From: a virus
Lineage: Duplodnaviria; Caudoviricetes
Virus record (IMG/VR): IMGVR_UViG_3300035070_002022
Coordinates: 1 to 58,762 of that record
DNA length: 58,762 nt
Direction: 5' to 3' (one strand)
How positions within the stretch are numbered: the first letter of the stretch is position 1; each line of letters begins with the position of its first letter. The notes beneath the pieces were generated by a model. That model was not told where the DNA came from, did no database searches, and saw nothing but the letters and a program-made list of their open reading frames with translations. Shown piece by piece: positions 48,101-56,200 of the stretch. Both the position numbers and the translations under genes were made by a program.

Positions 48101-48806
48101 TGTCGTATTCTATTGTAATATTAGGATCAACACTAAATATATTTTCAAATAAATTTTTTTGTTCGTCCCAGTCTGTGCCTTCTAAGCTTTCGCCATAACT
48201 TTCAATATCTTGTATAATGCTCTGCCCTTCTTGCCCCGCAGTAACATCAGTTGAAAGAACTACCTCATCTAAAGATCCACCGCCAAAACCATCTTCTATT
48301 CTAGCGTTTGGGAATTTACCTATGTAGGCATTAAGCAATGTTTCATCAGTAATACCTTCTTTTATGCCTTTGTTTTCGCCATTGCTCCACTGATATATTT
48401 CAGAGCTTATATCACCACTAAGTTTTATATCGCCGTTTCTAATAGACGACACAACGGTAGCGGCATCGTATGATTGGTCCCCTATTACTACACTTTTGTT
48501 TACTAAATCCTTATCGATTATAGGTAAATCCGAAGAAGTATCTTCCAACGGTAATACCGTATCTTCTTGTGCTGCATTTTCCGACACTGCATCCGCACTC
48601 TTTGCAGGGTCTGTTGTAAAATCTTCTTGCAAATCTTCGGGTACATTGCCTTGGATTACTTCGCTAAATGCGCTTTCAGGAGCAGCCTCTTCAGGAGCCA
48701 TCATTTGCACAAAATAGCCCATTTCATCCGCTTTCGCTAAGCCGGCGTCTCTTTCAATTTCATTTTTAAAAACTACAGTTTTTCCGTTTATTTGGTATCT
48801 AAACAT
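39174..48806 (-). CDS. Giant internal virion / ejected polyvalent protein (zincin HExxH, sigma-2-like segment, HAD phosphatase)
   Basis: 3210 aa, last of three ejection-type genes; HEVGH at 45567-45581; DFDDT at 42174-42188; hydrophobic helices in the N-terminal third. Confidence 0.8.
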   Translation of the reverse strand: MFRYQINGKTVVFKNEIERDAGLAKADEMGYFVQMMAPEEAAPESAFSEVIQGNVPEDLQEDFTTDPAKSADAVSENAAQEDTVLPLEDTSSDLPIIDKDLVNKSVVIGDQSYDAATVVSSIRNGDIKLSGDISSEIYQWSNGENKGIKEGITDETLLNAYIGKFPNARIEDGFGGGSLDEVVLSTDVTAGQEGQSIIQDIESYGESLEGTDWDEQKNLFENIFSVDPNITIEYDKKGVQQTQSKDRSKNAILTYTNPDTQEKSSVRINENTPGKETAKILSDFGDKYMSYNAAAKITGQASAVINLAKPGGPLYVSDEAIKAELPEDVTTIFKPKEVSEFQGNRTGGVMVKKTVFPYKDELQAAREIIQKENPDISPEELFDQSTQMAYANIIANKRVELTKKKTENLIESTRPNAVGSVRYLKAGIEKKTQSALLSGLFTKQSKISKESKVNSVVFCTELDTAEKTSNSVRIAKDYLEGKKINQTDIMLSDGSVLKLGVQDGSQMLVSKAGVKITENQLSKIQLENALLNASSTALDKLYERGTELGGQYEKLQPALEAAQLDYNLTEKYATSFGLGVADIATGLLYAANTLVKYSAPSVIPTAGKAMDIAVDELAIKYKTATNDIRSSFVSDVAVGDAFSSIGNFSKFVMQEITTQAPVLLAMTASGGTLAPYVVGAWTAGQKGLDITYEDSITGKKTGGVEKTAKMIGFGLANGVFTSLTTNPILQRGIKTYKNAGFGKEFLLNSKDYITQNWKRAIVGDNILELSGELATNVVENAIDGRPIFENADHVALSSLGFGFAFSTVPFIKGAAARYYSTSDTQLAMDSRMKQIVRLQQNWAMLDAKDPARKDIENTILELQAVNEATIDKLEKNISTKIDRQGSAGFQGVMNFINGARQKASDIVNNPNLTPENKREMLTKLEGDFENHMNARKNFLDETTFGENFYLLEANDRNTYDRLINEAKINTGKENGKDKAVIDEAIKLYNTERIEENNTAAKKVDKNFQSFKTKDEAIEYIILELGDKVTPENSAAAEKNIMDGGAGVAIPLTDGTTIPIAVVESQLEEGKTSVSIHEVGHPIVSKIFKNNPESMIVFANQIRLWLKQNSPSLDAKMQLNINPYKQANRPEAEIAEETLMAFFEMIGDNKINLTSKENTTFASTLAYNMQEIAANSYNFNFKGAEDFAAFAASIGTKIKNGDLSFSEIQRLSSVVPKVQTKKPAKKQEPKTKASMSIEALEEAYFDLQDQAAEDPNNLALYEKMEKAGDALDAALAAPATEATPTTGAIQEAPKEAIVRPKADKSKRKYSLDKDVKKEIEPKIAEAQKLNKELIAKEKKLNADAIAAIEAIDDKVESRTSREKRIADLKNKPLAVDKPLALNKIEKEITAALETPINKAVNLFTKLYYDKIAKNATAAVTREEFMQSAKAEITSLTINEFKPETINRSGEEVINDIEDIIFQRGGLRLRNLAQRLGVISKEQGISRGADALTKIADTSTEMFSDTAIESITEQSLRKVSALLASDTRTEQAKQQVKEFWIENEGNTKVENFKKLPNLINNILSEMFGVTQGTLTARSGNLNKQDYTNAVEAFTKQQAVFTIKEGDTTREARVPLDEVGAFQDSLNEQRASNPDFSYKREANESIAEALFRFLPQTSAGDYKYASGRKGRFSGKSTGLPKNLMNLAYKVESRKTTGIGNVERIEQKLTMDEVLEAIGARKTEDGTIVKKPEVSGRDKEGQTLLGLINLFGRMTTNELSRTEGDLDPMTIMDLEMGKNPNMYSKALTKNFIIEGNNDLVADLNNKINARFGPNWQDKKVASLADVVDFIYKDLKEINLNAARTFTYEYVEQLKKSDEVTANELAEVISKAIGNAYGTAYKNILQNVGMNKIWTSLSKDSLEKLSDDAKIKKIESFLKIYGRTFTNEKFLDMTTNADLFNELAKTTGLGKKGLNKLGFTLSAKPGINPKTKKEQTNVFIELNKKPIKKVTGTDYIKRQVTTGNINKVNAAGITLEEDAKTAQELILSEIDPLIKSGDKTGASEKLAVMKLGTNALIRKVSLLGKFIRLSPQDTKFILEHETAAVFIYDAYQQYINEGGTTAAKNKLEKFLKEAYVNVISKKLDKVLPKVGGVERMNTKEVKKLINKKGTFVIDYAAQRKEVANKNSLKLPKNLRVDGLSIDESIKQAENFDKAIALGNSLDQENRGISVWDFDDTLATTKSNVLYTMPDGTTGKIDAAQFAKEGDAMLASGAEFDFSEFSKVVKGAKGPFFEKAMARNKKFGNENVFILTARPANSALAIHEFLKGIGLDIPLANITGLANSDPQAKANWVLSKFAEGYNDFYFADDHIGNVKAVKEVLSVLDVKSKVQQARVKSSLQLSKRFNEIIEEESGIEAFKEYQSVKAAKKGAKKGKFKFFVPPSAEDFLGLLYTTLPKGKKGESAMAFYKEHLLDPYGKAVTGLRTGRITIAKNYKALKKELGIVPRTLKRNFKYEDENGNMKESLFTKEDAIRVYTWDAQGLDIPGLSNVDLPILVNYVNSNPDLKAFADKLLGLNKNVDPKAPTESWPAGTITSDLLNTLNTDGRKQLLEVWQQNVDAIFTATNLNKLEAAYGKPYVTALKDSLRRMRTGRNSTPTNNGVTDGIVRWLNAAVGNIMFLNRRSAVLQLISFTNFINFEGNNLYQAGKAFANQPQYWKDWVYLMNSDYLVDRRDGLKINVNEADIATTAKENGFQGVLAKILQVGFIPTKMADSAAIATGGASFYRNRVNTYLNEKTINGTGYTLEQAEKQAMEDFIATAEVSQQSSDPSKISKQQAEPIGRIILAFANTPSQYARIIKRAAQDLKNGRGDAKTHLSRIVYYGVLQNVVFNFLQQAMFAAMMGDDEDESEEDTAAKSASKTKKAIKVANSMTDGILRGIGVAGAVVSVAKNLAIKLYERSQKTRNQNLAATIKDEVMKISPPISSKLSKAGKVGNAFEWGKKEIEFDEMSLKHPYVTAATNTVAALTGLPLDRAQGMAIDAVDIASDETETWMKPLIALGWPKWQLMSEEDTKAEREEAKERFKGLKEDKEYDKLDPTEKRRKALKDLSKKEQVDMLWNAGVTKTELKSLTKEADRIDRLMDIQNKKQFDKDMEAISRGEEIGEPVKIEKPKKEKNKYSKAMQARMKVLKDLSKAEQVDFLWNAGVTKTQLRGLSSEESRILKIIELQNKKRKNSLK

Positions 48807-48831
48807 ATATCTTTATTTAATTCTTTTATTA

Positions 48832-50409
48832 CTAATTTACTAGTGTAGCTAATTGCTGTGACATTTCTCTAGCTTGCAGTTCTTTCATTGGATTTACTAA
48901 TCTAATGAAATTATAGCGTTGCTCAGGTATTTTTAAATCGTAAGTTCTTTTGTCTGTATCAGGCGAAGTAGTGGATTCTTTTTTAGGATTACCTGTAGCG
49001 GTAATGCTTACTACCCCGTTTTCTATAGTTGCACTGTAGGCTTCTACATATCCAGTTTTGTGTCTGATTCTAAGGCCTTTGTCTATGTTAAATAAACTTT
49101 TAGCCACACTACTTAAATCACCTCCTGCGGCCACGGCTGTATCAAAGTCTTTTTTGTATACATTGTAAAGCTGCTCTGATTTTTGAACTGAAACCTTTTT
49201 GTCCGGAGCATATTCCACCGATGATTTACCATCTATTGTAAACCTATACTGAGGAGTTTCTCCTTCTATAGACATATCTTGCACTGACATTCCAAAAGCT
49301 CCAGCTGCAGCTTGATTAATAGCTAGGTTAACTGTTCCCGCCGCATTTTTATACGCTTCTATTTTTTCGTCTGTAGCATTAGGGTCGTTTGCAGGGTTGC
49401 CCTCTCTAAAAATGTTTGCAGTATCATTGTCTACGCTTAGCTGATTTTTCATCATATCAAGGTAGTCCTCCTGTCCGAACATACCGCCAACATTAGCCGT
49501 AATTTCTGCAACTGAAGTGTCCACCAGTGCCTTGCCCTCAGGGGTGATCGTCTGCTTTTTTGTAGCAGTATAATCCCCTGTCCAACTGCCGTCTTCGTTC
49601 ATTACTTTTACTTTGTCTGTAACTATTTGCATGTTTTGTGTATACTTGGGATCCACCGCATTGCCTTTCATTAGCTGGGCTCCTGCTTGAGCAGTACCCT
49701 GTTTTACCGTTTGGGTTATGGGATTACTAGCGCGGAAATCGTCCGAAATAAATGTATCCATGCTTACGCTATACGTGTTTTGCTTTCCGCCATCGTTATA
49801 AGTAGAATTTATGCTTACGTTTCCGTCGTAGCCTACAGACATAAGAAGCGTCGTATCCGGGGCATTATTGTACGAGCTCATTACTCCTTGAGTATTAGGG
49901 CTCTCAGCAACCCCACTTTGAGAAGGTAGGGTCGCCCAGGACTCTGTGTAACCTATTATCGTACTACCGTCTTTCATTAGCCGCTGGCCTTCTTGCCCCA
50001 TCTGGGGAATTTTTGGAGCTGCAACGTTTATATTATTCAGCTGCTTTACGGCATTAGCTTGCGCCTTTAATAATTCCGCCTTTCTTTCTGGTGTTTGGGG
50101 CTTTAGCAATTCCTTCGCAGTGTCCGCTTGCACTTGGTTAAAATAGTCCTGGGTATTTCTTACACTTTCTCGAAAAGCCTCTCCCCCTTTTACTTGAAGT
50201 TTGTAGGAATCGTCTGTTCTTTTTGCATACGCTTTATCAATTGCGATACCGCCATTAATTAACCTTTGCTTTTCTATGTCATTTTTTTTCCTTGTAGCTG
50301 CTAAGTTAGCACTCCACCCTTTGGATATCTGCGCACCTATATTTGCAATTGCATTGGGGATTATTAGTCCTGACTTATCGTCTATTATTTTTGGATCTCT
50401 ATAACTCAT
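48832..50409 (-). CDS. Putative internal virion (ejection) protein
   Basis: 525 aa, between the pilot-like protein and the giant protein. Confidence 0.6.
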   Translation of the reverse strand: MSYRDPKIIDDKSGLIIPNAIANIGAQISKGWSANLAATRKKNDIEKQRLINGGIAIDKAYAKRTDDSYKLQVKGGEAFRESVRNTQDYFNQVQADTAKELLKPQTPERKAELLKAQANAVKQLNNINVAAPKIPQMGQEGQRLMKDGSTIIGYTESWATLPSQSGVAESPNTQGVMSSYNNAPDTTLLMSVGYDGNVSINSTYNDGGKQNTYSVSMDTFISDDFRASNPITQTVKQGTAQAGAQLMKGNAVDPKYTQNMQIVTDKVKVMNEDGSWTGDYTATKKQTITPEGKALVDTSVAEITANVGGMFGQEDYLDMMKNQLSVDNDTANIFREGNPANDPNATDEKIEAYKNAAGTVNLAINQAAAGAFGMSVQDMSIEGETPQYRFTIDGKSSVEYAPDKKVSVQKSEQLYNVYKKDFDTAVAAGGDLSSVAKSLFNIDKGLRIRHKTGYVEAYSATIENGVVSITATGNPKKESTTSPDTDKRTYDLKIPEQRYNFIRLVNPMKELQAREMSQQLATLVN

Positions 50410-50419
50410 ATTTTATTTT

Positions 50420-51157
50420 TTAATTGGGGTTCCATGCTCCTCCTTCGTCAGTGGCTCCTCCGCTAAGCCCAGCGGCTGCGACGCTTGTTATACTACTCAT
50501 GACCCCCGCTGTAGCAGCTGCGCTTGCTGCGTTCGCGTTGGCTATATCTTGTCTAGCTTGAGACTCTTGCCCTGACATTCTATCTAATGTTGCCATATCT
50601 CTTGCTTCTTGAGCACCAAACATAAACTGCTTTCCTGCAGCCTCAGCTTGTTGTATTCTAGCTTCTTCACTCATTTCCATTTGCGTAAGTTGCATTTCTT
50701 TGTCTTGCAGCGCTTGTTCCCCTTGAGCTCTTAGCTTTTCGTTAGCGGCTTCTTGTTGTTCTATGTTAGCTGAAACTTCTTTCTTACTTTGCTTAGCTGC
50801 TTGGGCTAATGCTGTGGCACCCCCGGCGCTCGCTCCCGTTGCTTGCAATGTGTCTAATGTATTTGCTAATGCGATATCTGTTTGTTCCATCTGGATCTCC
50901 GCAGCACCTGTAGCCACTCCTAGGGTAGCAAACGGGTTAGTCAGACTATCCCTCATTTCTTCAATCATACCTGCGTTGGACGTTACATCCGAATAAGGAT
51001 TAATAACCGCTTGCCTGTTGTTTTCAAATTGCTGCATTTGCAACTGTATGCGCTGCTTTTCTTTTTGCGCTCGCCTTTCCGCATCCCTTGCTTTGTTGCC
51101 GCTGATTAGTCCTCCTACTACAGAGACCGCGGCTGTTCCTGCTGCTATCCAACTCAT
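50420..51157 (-). CDS. Putative DNA ejection/pilot protein
   Basis: Gly/Ala hydrophobic N-terminus (MSWIAAGTAAVSVVGGL) and long Ala/Gln coiled coil. Confidence 0.65.
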   Translation of the reverse strand: MSWIAAGTAAVSVVGGLISGNKARDAERRAQKEKQRIQLQMQQFENNRQAVINPYSDVTSNAGMIEEMRDSLTNPFATLGVATGAAEIQMEQTDIALANTLDTLQATGASAGGATALAQAAKQSKKEVSANIEQQEAANEKLRAQGEQALQDKEMQLTQMEMSEEARIQQAEAAGKQFMFGAQEARDMATLDRMSGQESQARQDIANANAASAAATAGVMSSITSVAAAGLSGGATDEGGAWNPN

Positions 51158-51609
51158 ATCGTTATGTTTTTAATTAATTTTTTTTTGTATTCAAGGTATT
51201 TTGTTTTAGTCTTAACAACGGTGCGTTGCTCAATTACATCGAGATCTTCGGAGTTGTCCTTGTTTTCGTGTATGGTGGTCCATATAGTGTCCGTTACTGC
51301 ATACCCTATTCTTTGTGTTCCTTCTTCCGAAACTATCATTAAAGGAGCCTGTAATAGCTCTACGCCGTTTGTTTCAGTTAACACTATGATAGAACCTTTC
51401 ATTAGAAAGTTGTGGTGTCTATGTTTGTGTATCTTGCCTATTAAAAGAGTGCCCGCTGGTATTTCCATTTCCCTAGCGTATACCCCTGGAGCAAAAGAAT
51501 GTTTCAAAGGCAGTTCTGTTTGTTCCGTAGTAGGGTCCATTAAGAAATTTTTAATTTCTTCCATTCCTTCTACAACGGTTTTTTCTTTATTAGCTATTTT
51601 TAATTCCAT
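51154..51609 (-). CDS. Cupin-fold protein
   Basis: HSFAPGVYAREMEIPAG..LIGKIHKHRH cupin-type His motif. Confidence 0.7.
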   Translation of the reverse strand: MELKIANKEKTVVEGMEEIKNFLMDPTTEQTELPLKHSFAPGVYAREMEIPAGTLLIGKIHKHRHHNFLMKGSIIVLTETNGVELLQAPLMIVSEEGTQRIGYAVTDTIWTTIHENKDNSEDLDVIEQRTVVKTKTKYLEYKKKLIKNITI

Positions 51610-51613
51610 TTAA

Positions 51614-53200
51614 TTAAGATGATTTTACAAATCCTGTGCTTACGGCAAACAGTTCTTTTTTGCCTGCGCCGCTGTTATTTATTGACATTGTTACTTCTCC
51701 GAAGAATCCTTTTACTCCTGATGATGAGCTACCCCATACAACCTCGCCGTTTTGCGAAGGCGTACCGTTAACTAAATCGGCGTAGTACTTATCTTCTTTT
51801 AACTTAAACCTGTTTATTAATAACGAGTTTTGCATTTGTTCCAATGTAGTGACAAAAACCGAACTTGTTATAGGTAAGGTTAAATCCGTGTTAGTTTTAA
51901 AGCTGTCCATTCTCCATCCAGAATCTCCTTCATAATTTATTGTTTGAAAGTTTTTAATCATAGATGGCGCTCCGTTAAATACAAGGGTTACATTGGAATT
52001 ATTTTGATTCCCATAAAACACTCCTCTGGCCTGCGTATTCGGCGCTAATGTGTAGTGTCTGTATATTTTTCCTGTGTAAGCGGTAAAGTACTCATTGTTA
52101 AGACTAATAATTTGATTAGGTGCATAGTCAAAAAAGCTAGTCCACCCTTTAGATATTTCGTCAAATGCTAGTGTTTCGTATTTTTTCGGCTCTCCTAGTA
52201 TGCTAGGTTGAGGTATCGACAATGTATACTGTTTATTGTGAGCATCCCATCCACCTATTATATTATCCGTTGCTGTAGATAGCTTATCTCTAAAAAAGTC
52301 GGTCATACCGTAAGCAGATATAACAGTAATACCATCCATAGACAACCTGCAAACAACGTTTTGATCCCTATCGGTAAAGTATTTTCTATATCCGTTTACA
52401 GCAAATGATTCTGGATCGGTACTTATTCCGTATTCTCCAGCGTAGGCCACATTCTGCCCTATAACTAAATTACGACTAGTAACACTTGCATTACCCTCTG
52501 CGGAATATATTGCATCTTTATCGATTAAAGATTTGCTCACTTTATTTTCTTGGAAAATAATTAGGTTAGTATCTTCTGCATATAATCTTTGTATTGAGCC
52601 GTTAGCGGGATCAATTGTTCTAGTTATGTCCTCTGCAACTGAAAACTGGTTAGTTTGGTTAATGCCCGTCCTGGAATTAAATATGCCGGAGTGAATAAGG
52701 GAACTCGATCTATGCAACTGATTTGGCTCGTCCTCTACTAAATAGGCTTTTACTCCGAAATCCACTGACACATTGTTGTATCCTCCTCTAATTCTAGATT
52801 CTTCAATTAACCAATCATCATCCGCATCTGTAATACTAACAGGATATCCTTGAGGAATATTATCAAAGTTTATTATTTTACCTAAAACAACATTTTGCGG
52901 CAAAGAAGGAGTAGACGGCGGGTCTGTACCTAATACAAATTGCGTACCTAAAGCATTTCTAGAAACTATGTAGCTTCTGTAAATAACTGCGGGGTTTCCC
53001 CAAATAATAGTGGTTTCTTGACCTACATTCATGTCCGTAGCGGATTGAGCACTATTCATGGTAATCGTGCGAGTACCTGCGTCGTAAGAATCTACTTGAG
53101 GGGTGACTCCGCTAATAAGTGTAGGCTCTACGTCAGTTATTTTTTTGATCTTTTTTAACCAAAAAGTATTAAAATATTTTAATTCTATTAATGCCGCCAT
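51614..53200 (-). CDS. Tail nozzle/stabilisation protein, C-terminal part
   Basis: GSIQRL...NLIIFQENKVS...GEYGISTDPESFA...YFTD...TLAFDE...GWTSF beta-propeller-like motifs. Confidence 0.7.
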   Translation of the reverse strand: MAALIELKYFNTFWLKKIKKITDVEPTLISGVTPQVDSYDAGTRTITMNSAQSATDMNVGQETTIIWGNPAVIYRSYIVSRNALGTQFVLGTDPPSTPSLPQNVVLGKIINFDNIPQGYPVSITDADDDWLIEESRIRGGYNNVSVDFGVKAYLVEDEPNQLHRSSSLIHSGIFNSRTGINQTNQFSVAEDITRTIDPANGSIQRLYAEDTNLIIFQENKVSKSLIDKDAIYSAEGNASVTSRNLVIGQNVAYAGEYGISTDPESFAVNGYRKYFTDRDQNVVCRLSMDGITVISAYGMTDFFRDKLSTATDNIIGGWDAHNKQYTLSIPQPSILGEPKKYETLAFDEISKGWTSFFDYAPNQIISLNNEYFTAYTGKIYRHYTLAPNTQARGVFYGNQNNSNVTLVFNGAPSMIKNFQTINYEGDSGWRMDSFKTNTDLTLPITSSVFVTTLEQMQNSLLINRFKLKEDKYYADLVNGTPSQNGEVVWGSSSSGVKGFFGEVTMSINNSGAGKKELFAVSTGFVKSS

Positions 53201-53205
53201 CGGTT

Positions 53206-56200
53206 TTAGTTTTTAGATATCCTTAAAGTTCCACGCCCAGGGCTAAAGCCTTGTTCATTTGTTGTTTGTATTGCGCTAACTCCTGACGTTATGCCACTGT
53301 TTACTATTTTATTCCCGGAAGTTTCATCGTATCCGGCAACCCATTGTAGATTTACCGGCGTAGAAGCGGGAGGGGGATTCCCTGGCAAAGGCTTATTAGT
53401 CCAAGGCAGCAGCGTTGATACCGGCATTGCTCTATCTATTTTAAAATTTATATAGTTGCTTCCAGCCGCAGGCTTAAAGGGAACATATCCGGTTTGCGAA
53501 GTATAAAATTGGTTTACGTAATCTCCATAAGGAGTTTCCGCCCAAACGTAATCTGTGCTTGAGGATAGGTCTGTGTAGCTTGTTGAATTGCCTCCGCCTG
53601 TTGATCTAAAGTACTTGTAATAAGGGTATGTAGCTCCAGGATTACCTCCGTTAGCTTCAACTGCGTTAGTACCCTGCCAAGGAACGCAGGTGGGATAATG
53701 TAAATCGTCTACCCCTAGCCATACCATAGCCGTATTTGAGTTATTAGTTGCTCCAGCTGTTTGTCTTAGCCCCTCAACAAATATTGCGTATTCTATCTTA
53801 GGGGGTGTTTCAGTTCCTAGGGCGCTTGCTGCAGACCCTAAACTAACGGATCTAATTCCTTGAGCCCACACAGGATCCGGTCCATAGTTAAACACGTACC
53901 CATCTGTAAGTTCTAGGCTAGGAGCGTCGTACGTCGGAAAAGTCATAAAATTGTTGTAACCCACTCGGTTGCCTTCCATTGATCTAGGCAACTTTAGCCA
54001 TTCTGAGGTGCCCTCTTCTCTATAATAAAAATACGTTCTTGGAACACGAGCAGAAGCGCCCTGTCCGGGGACATTAAAAGGCATGTAGAAATTTACCGTA
54101 AAAGCGATACTTCCTTTATAGTGTCCGCCTGTTCCTATTTTGTAGTAGTATAAATTGTCCGTGTCGGTTGCTGGCTGTATTCCGTTTCCAAAAAAGAAAG
54201 CGGGCTCGTCTCCAGTTGCGGGAGTGGTTTCTGTTATGTAATATATTACAGAGGTGCTAGTTCCGTTGTTTGTCGGGACATTTGTGCGCAACACTCCATT
54301 GCTTACGTTGTTATTTCCGGGAGAAGTTGGGGTTATAATGCAGGTATCATTCCACAAAGCTTCCGGATTTACTGCAGGATAAGCAAGTCTTATAGTTATA
54401 TCTTGAGAGGCCGAAAAAGATGTGTAAGGATTGCTTGTGTTTGCGGGCGACTCAGCGTTAACGTCAGTTAACTTAATAGTTACGTTATACGTTCCTATTG
54501 GATTTCCTTCAAAAATGTTTTCTCCAGCTGTTGAAGTACTTTCTCCCGGAACAAATTGTGTTAGTTTTCCGCTATTAGGATCCATTGCCCAGTTGGCTGG
54601 CAACTGCTCGCCAGATGTACCTGAAAAGCTATATATTAGCTGCTGTTTTGCAGGAATTCCAGTTAACGATGTACCATTTACCGCACTGTCCCATAAAGCC
54701 GGGGCCATAAGTACTCTGTCCGATTGGCTCTTTACTATATTGCTGATTGCGTCAAAGCTAGGAGTTATGTTTTGTAGTGCTCCAAATCCTTCTGGCTCAC
54801 CTTGCAAAACTACATCTGTGGTAATTCCCTCTAAAGTGGTGCATCGTATAACAAAAGAGTACACATCTATAATGTTACTTCCTTGTGTAAATACAATACC
54901 GCTTCCGCTATATATTATTTTAAATTCGCCTTCATTCGCTCCGCCAACAGCTCCTGATTCCAACTCAAAAAACCCTACTTCATTTCCGTTTCCGTTAGTT
55001 GCGGAAATTAAAGAAGCCGTAACAAGATTTGTAAATGGAAGCCCTTGATTGTCAATCGGGCTAAACCATGCAGTAGTAACCGCTGTGTTCGTGGCAATAT
55101 CTTCTTTAAAATCCCATGTTAAGCCTTGAAATCCTGTTACTCCTGTGTTGCTAGAAGCAATTGCGGCGTTTAAGTCCACAATTAAGCCCTCTGACGAAGT
55201 TTCCCAATACAAGTCAAGGTTAGATTCAAACGGAGCTGTTTCATATATTGCAAGATAAGGCAGCATATTGAAAGGCGCTCCTGTTCCTGTAGTAATATTT
55301 GGCTGGCCAATTGACTTTTCTGTAGTTGATATTCTGGCTATTAATGGATTCGTGTCTATTTGATAAAAAACCTTGTTTCCAAAGTCACCTCCCACAGTAG
55401 TACCTCCTGACTCAGAAAGCTCTTGAAATGACATGTCGAATTCATCGGCTGTGGCTATCGCTATAGCTGTGTGGTCAATAGCATTCTTACCTGTAGAAGA
55501 CAGCCTAGGATAGTATTGGTAGTTACTAGCCTCGGAGGTAGACAACATTGTATTAGACACTCTTCCATATAATACAACAGAACTTCTAAATTGCTTGTCT
55601 TGTTCGCCTACTTCTTTTAAGTCCCTAGGTACTTTATTTATGTTGTCATTAAATAAAACCGTATGAGCTGTTAAACCAACTTCGTTGGCAGGAAAGTTCC
55701 CCCCCACTTCTTGGCCAGCTTTACTTTGCCCAGGATATCCGTTTAAAATACCAGGTAGGTAAACATTGTAGTAATCTTGTTCTGTTTGCTTAACCACAAT
55801 CTTATAGCTATACCACCCTAAATCGTTTATGGTATATGCAAATTTTAAATCCGGCTGGCTTGGAGGCAAATCGTTCTCTCTTAAATATAAGTCGTTTACT
55901 TTGCCAGACGTGGTAACTAAGTAGGTAGATCCAACAGTGTTAACTACTGTTTTAACCTTAACAAAGTCTTCGTAAGCCCCTCTTAAATAATCGTTTTGTT
56001 GAGGTATATTCTGGTTGTTTGGATAAGTGGTGTCTGCAGTAAACGTCCAGGTGGTATCGGTTATAGGGGATTCTCCCCCTACGGCAAAAGCATCCGTAAT
56101 AGCGAAGCCTTCCCCGGTTGATGCGGCTTGCTGTTTTAAAGCATAAAGCCCTGGAGTCCCAGCAGCTAAATCCATTGTAGAAGATATCGGCTGATTAACA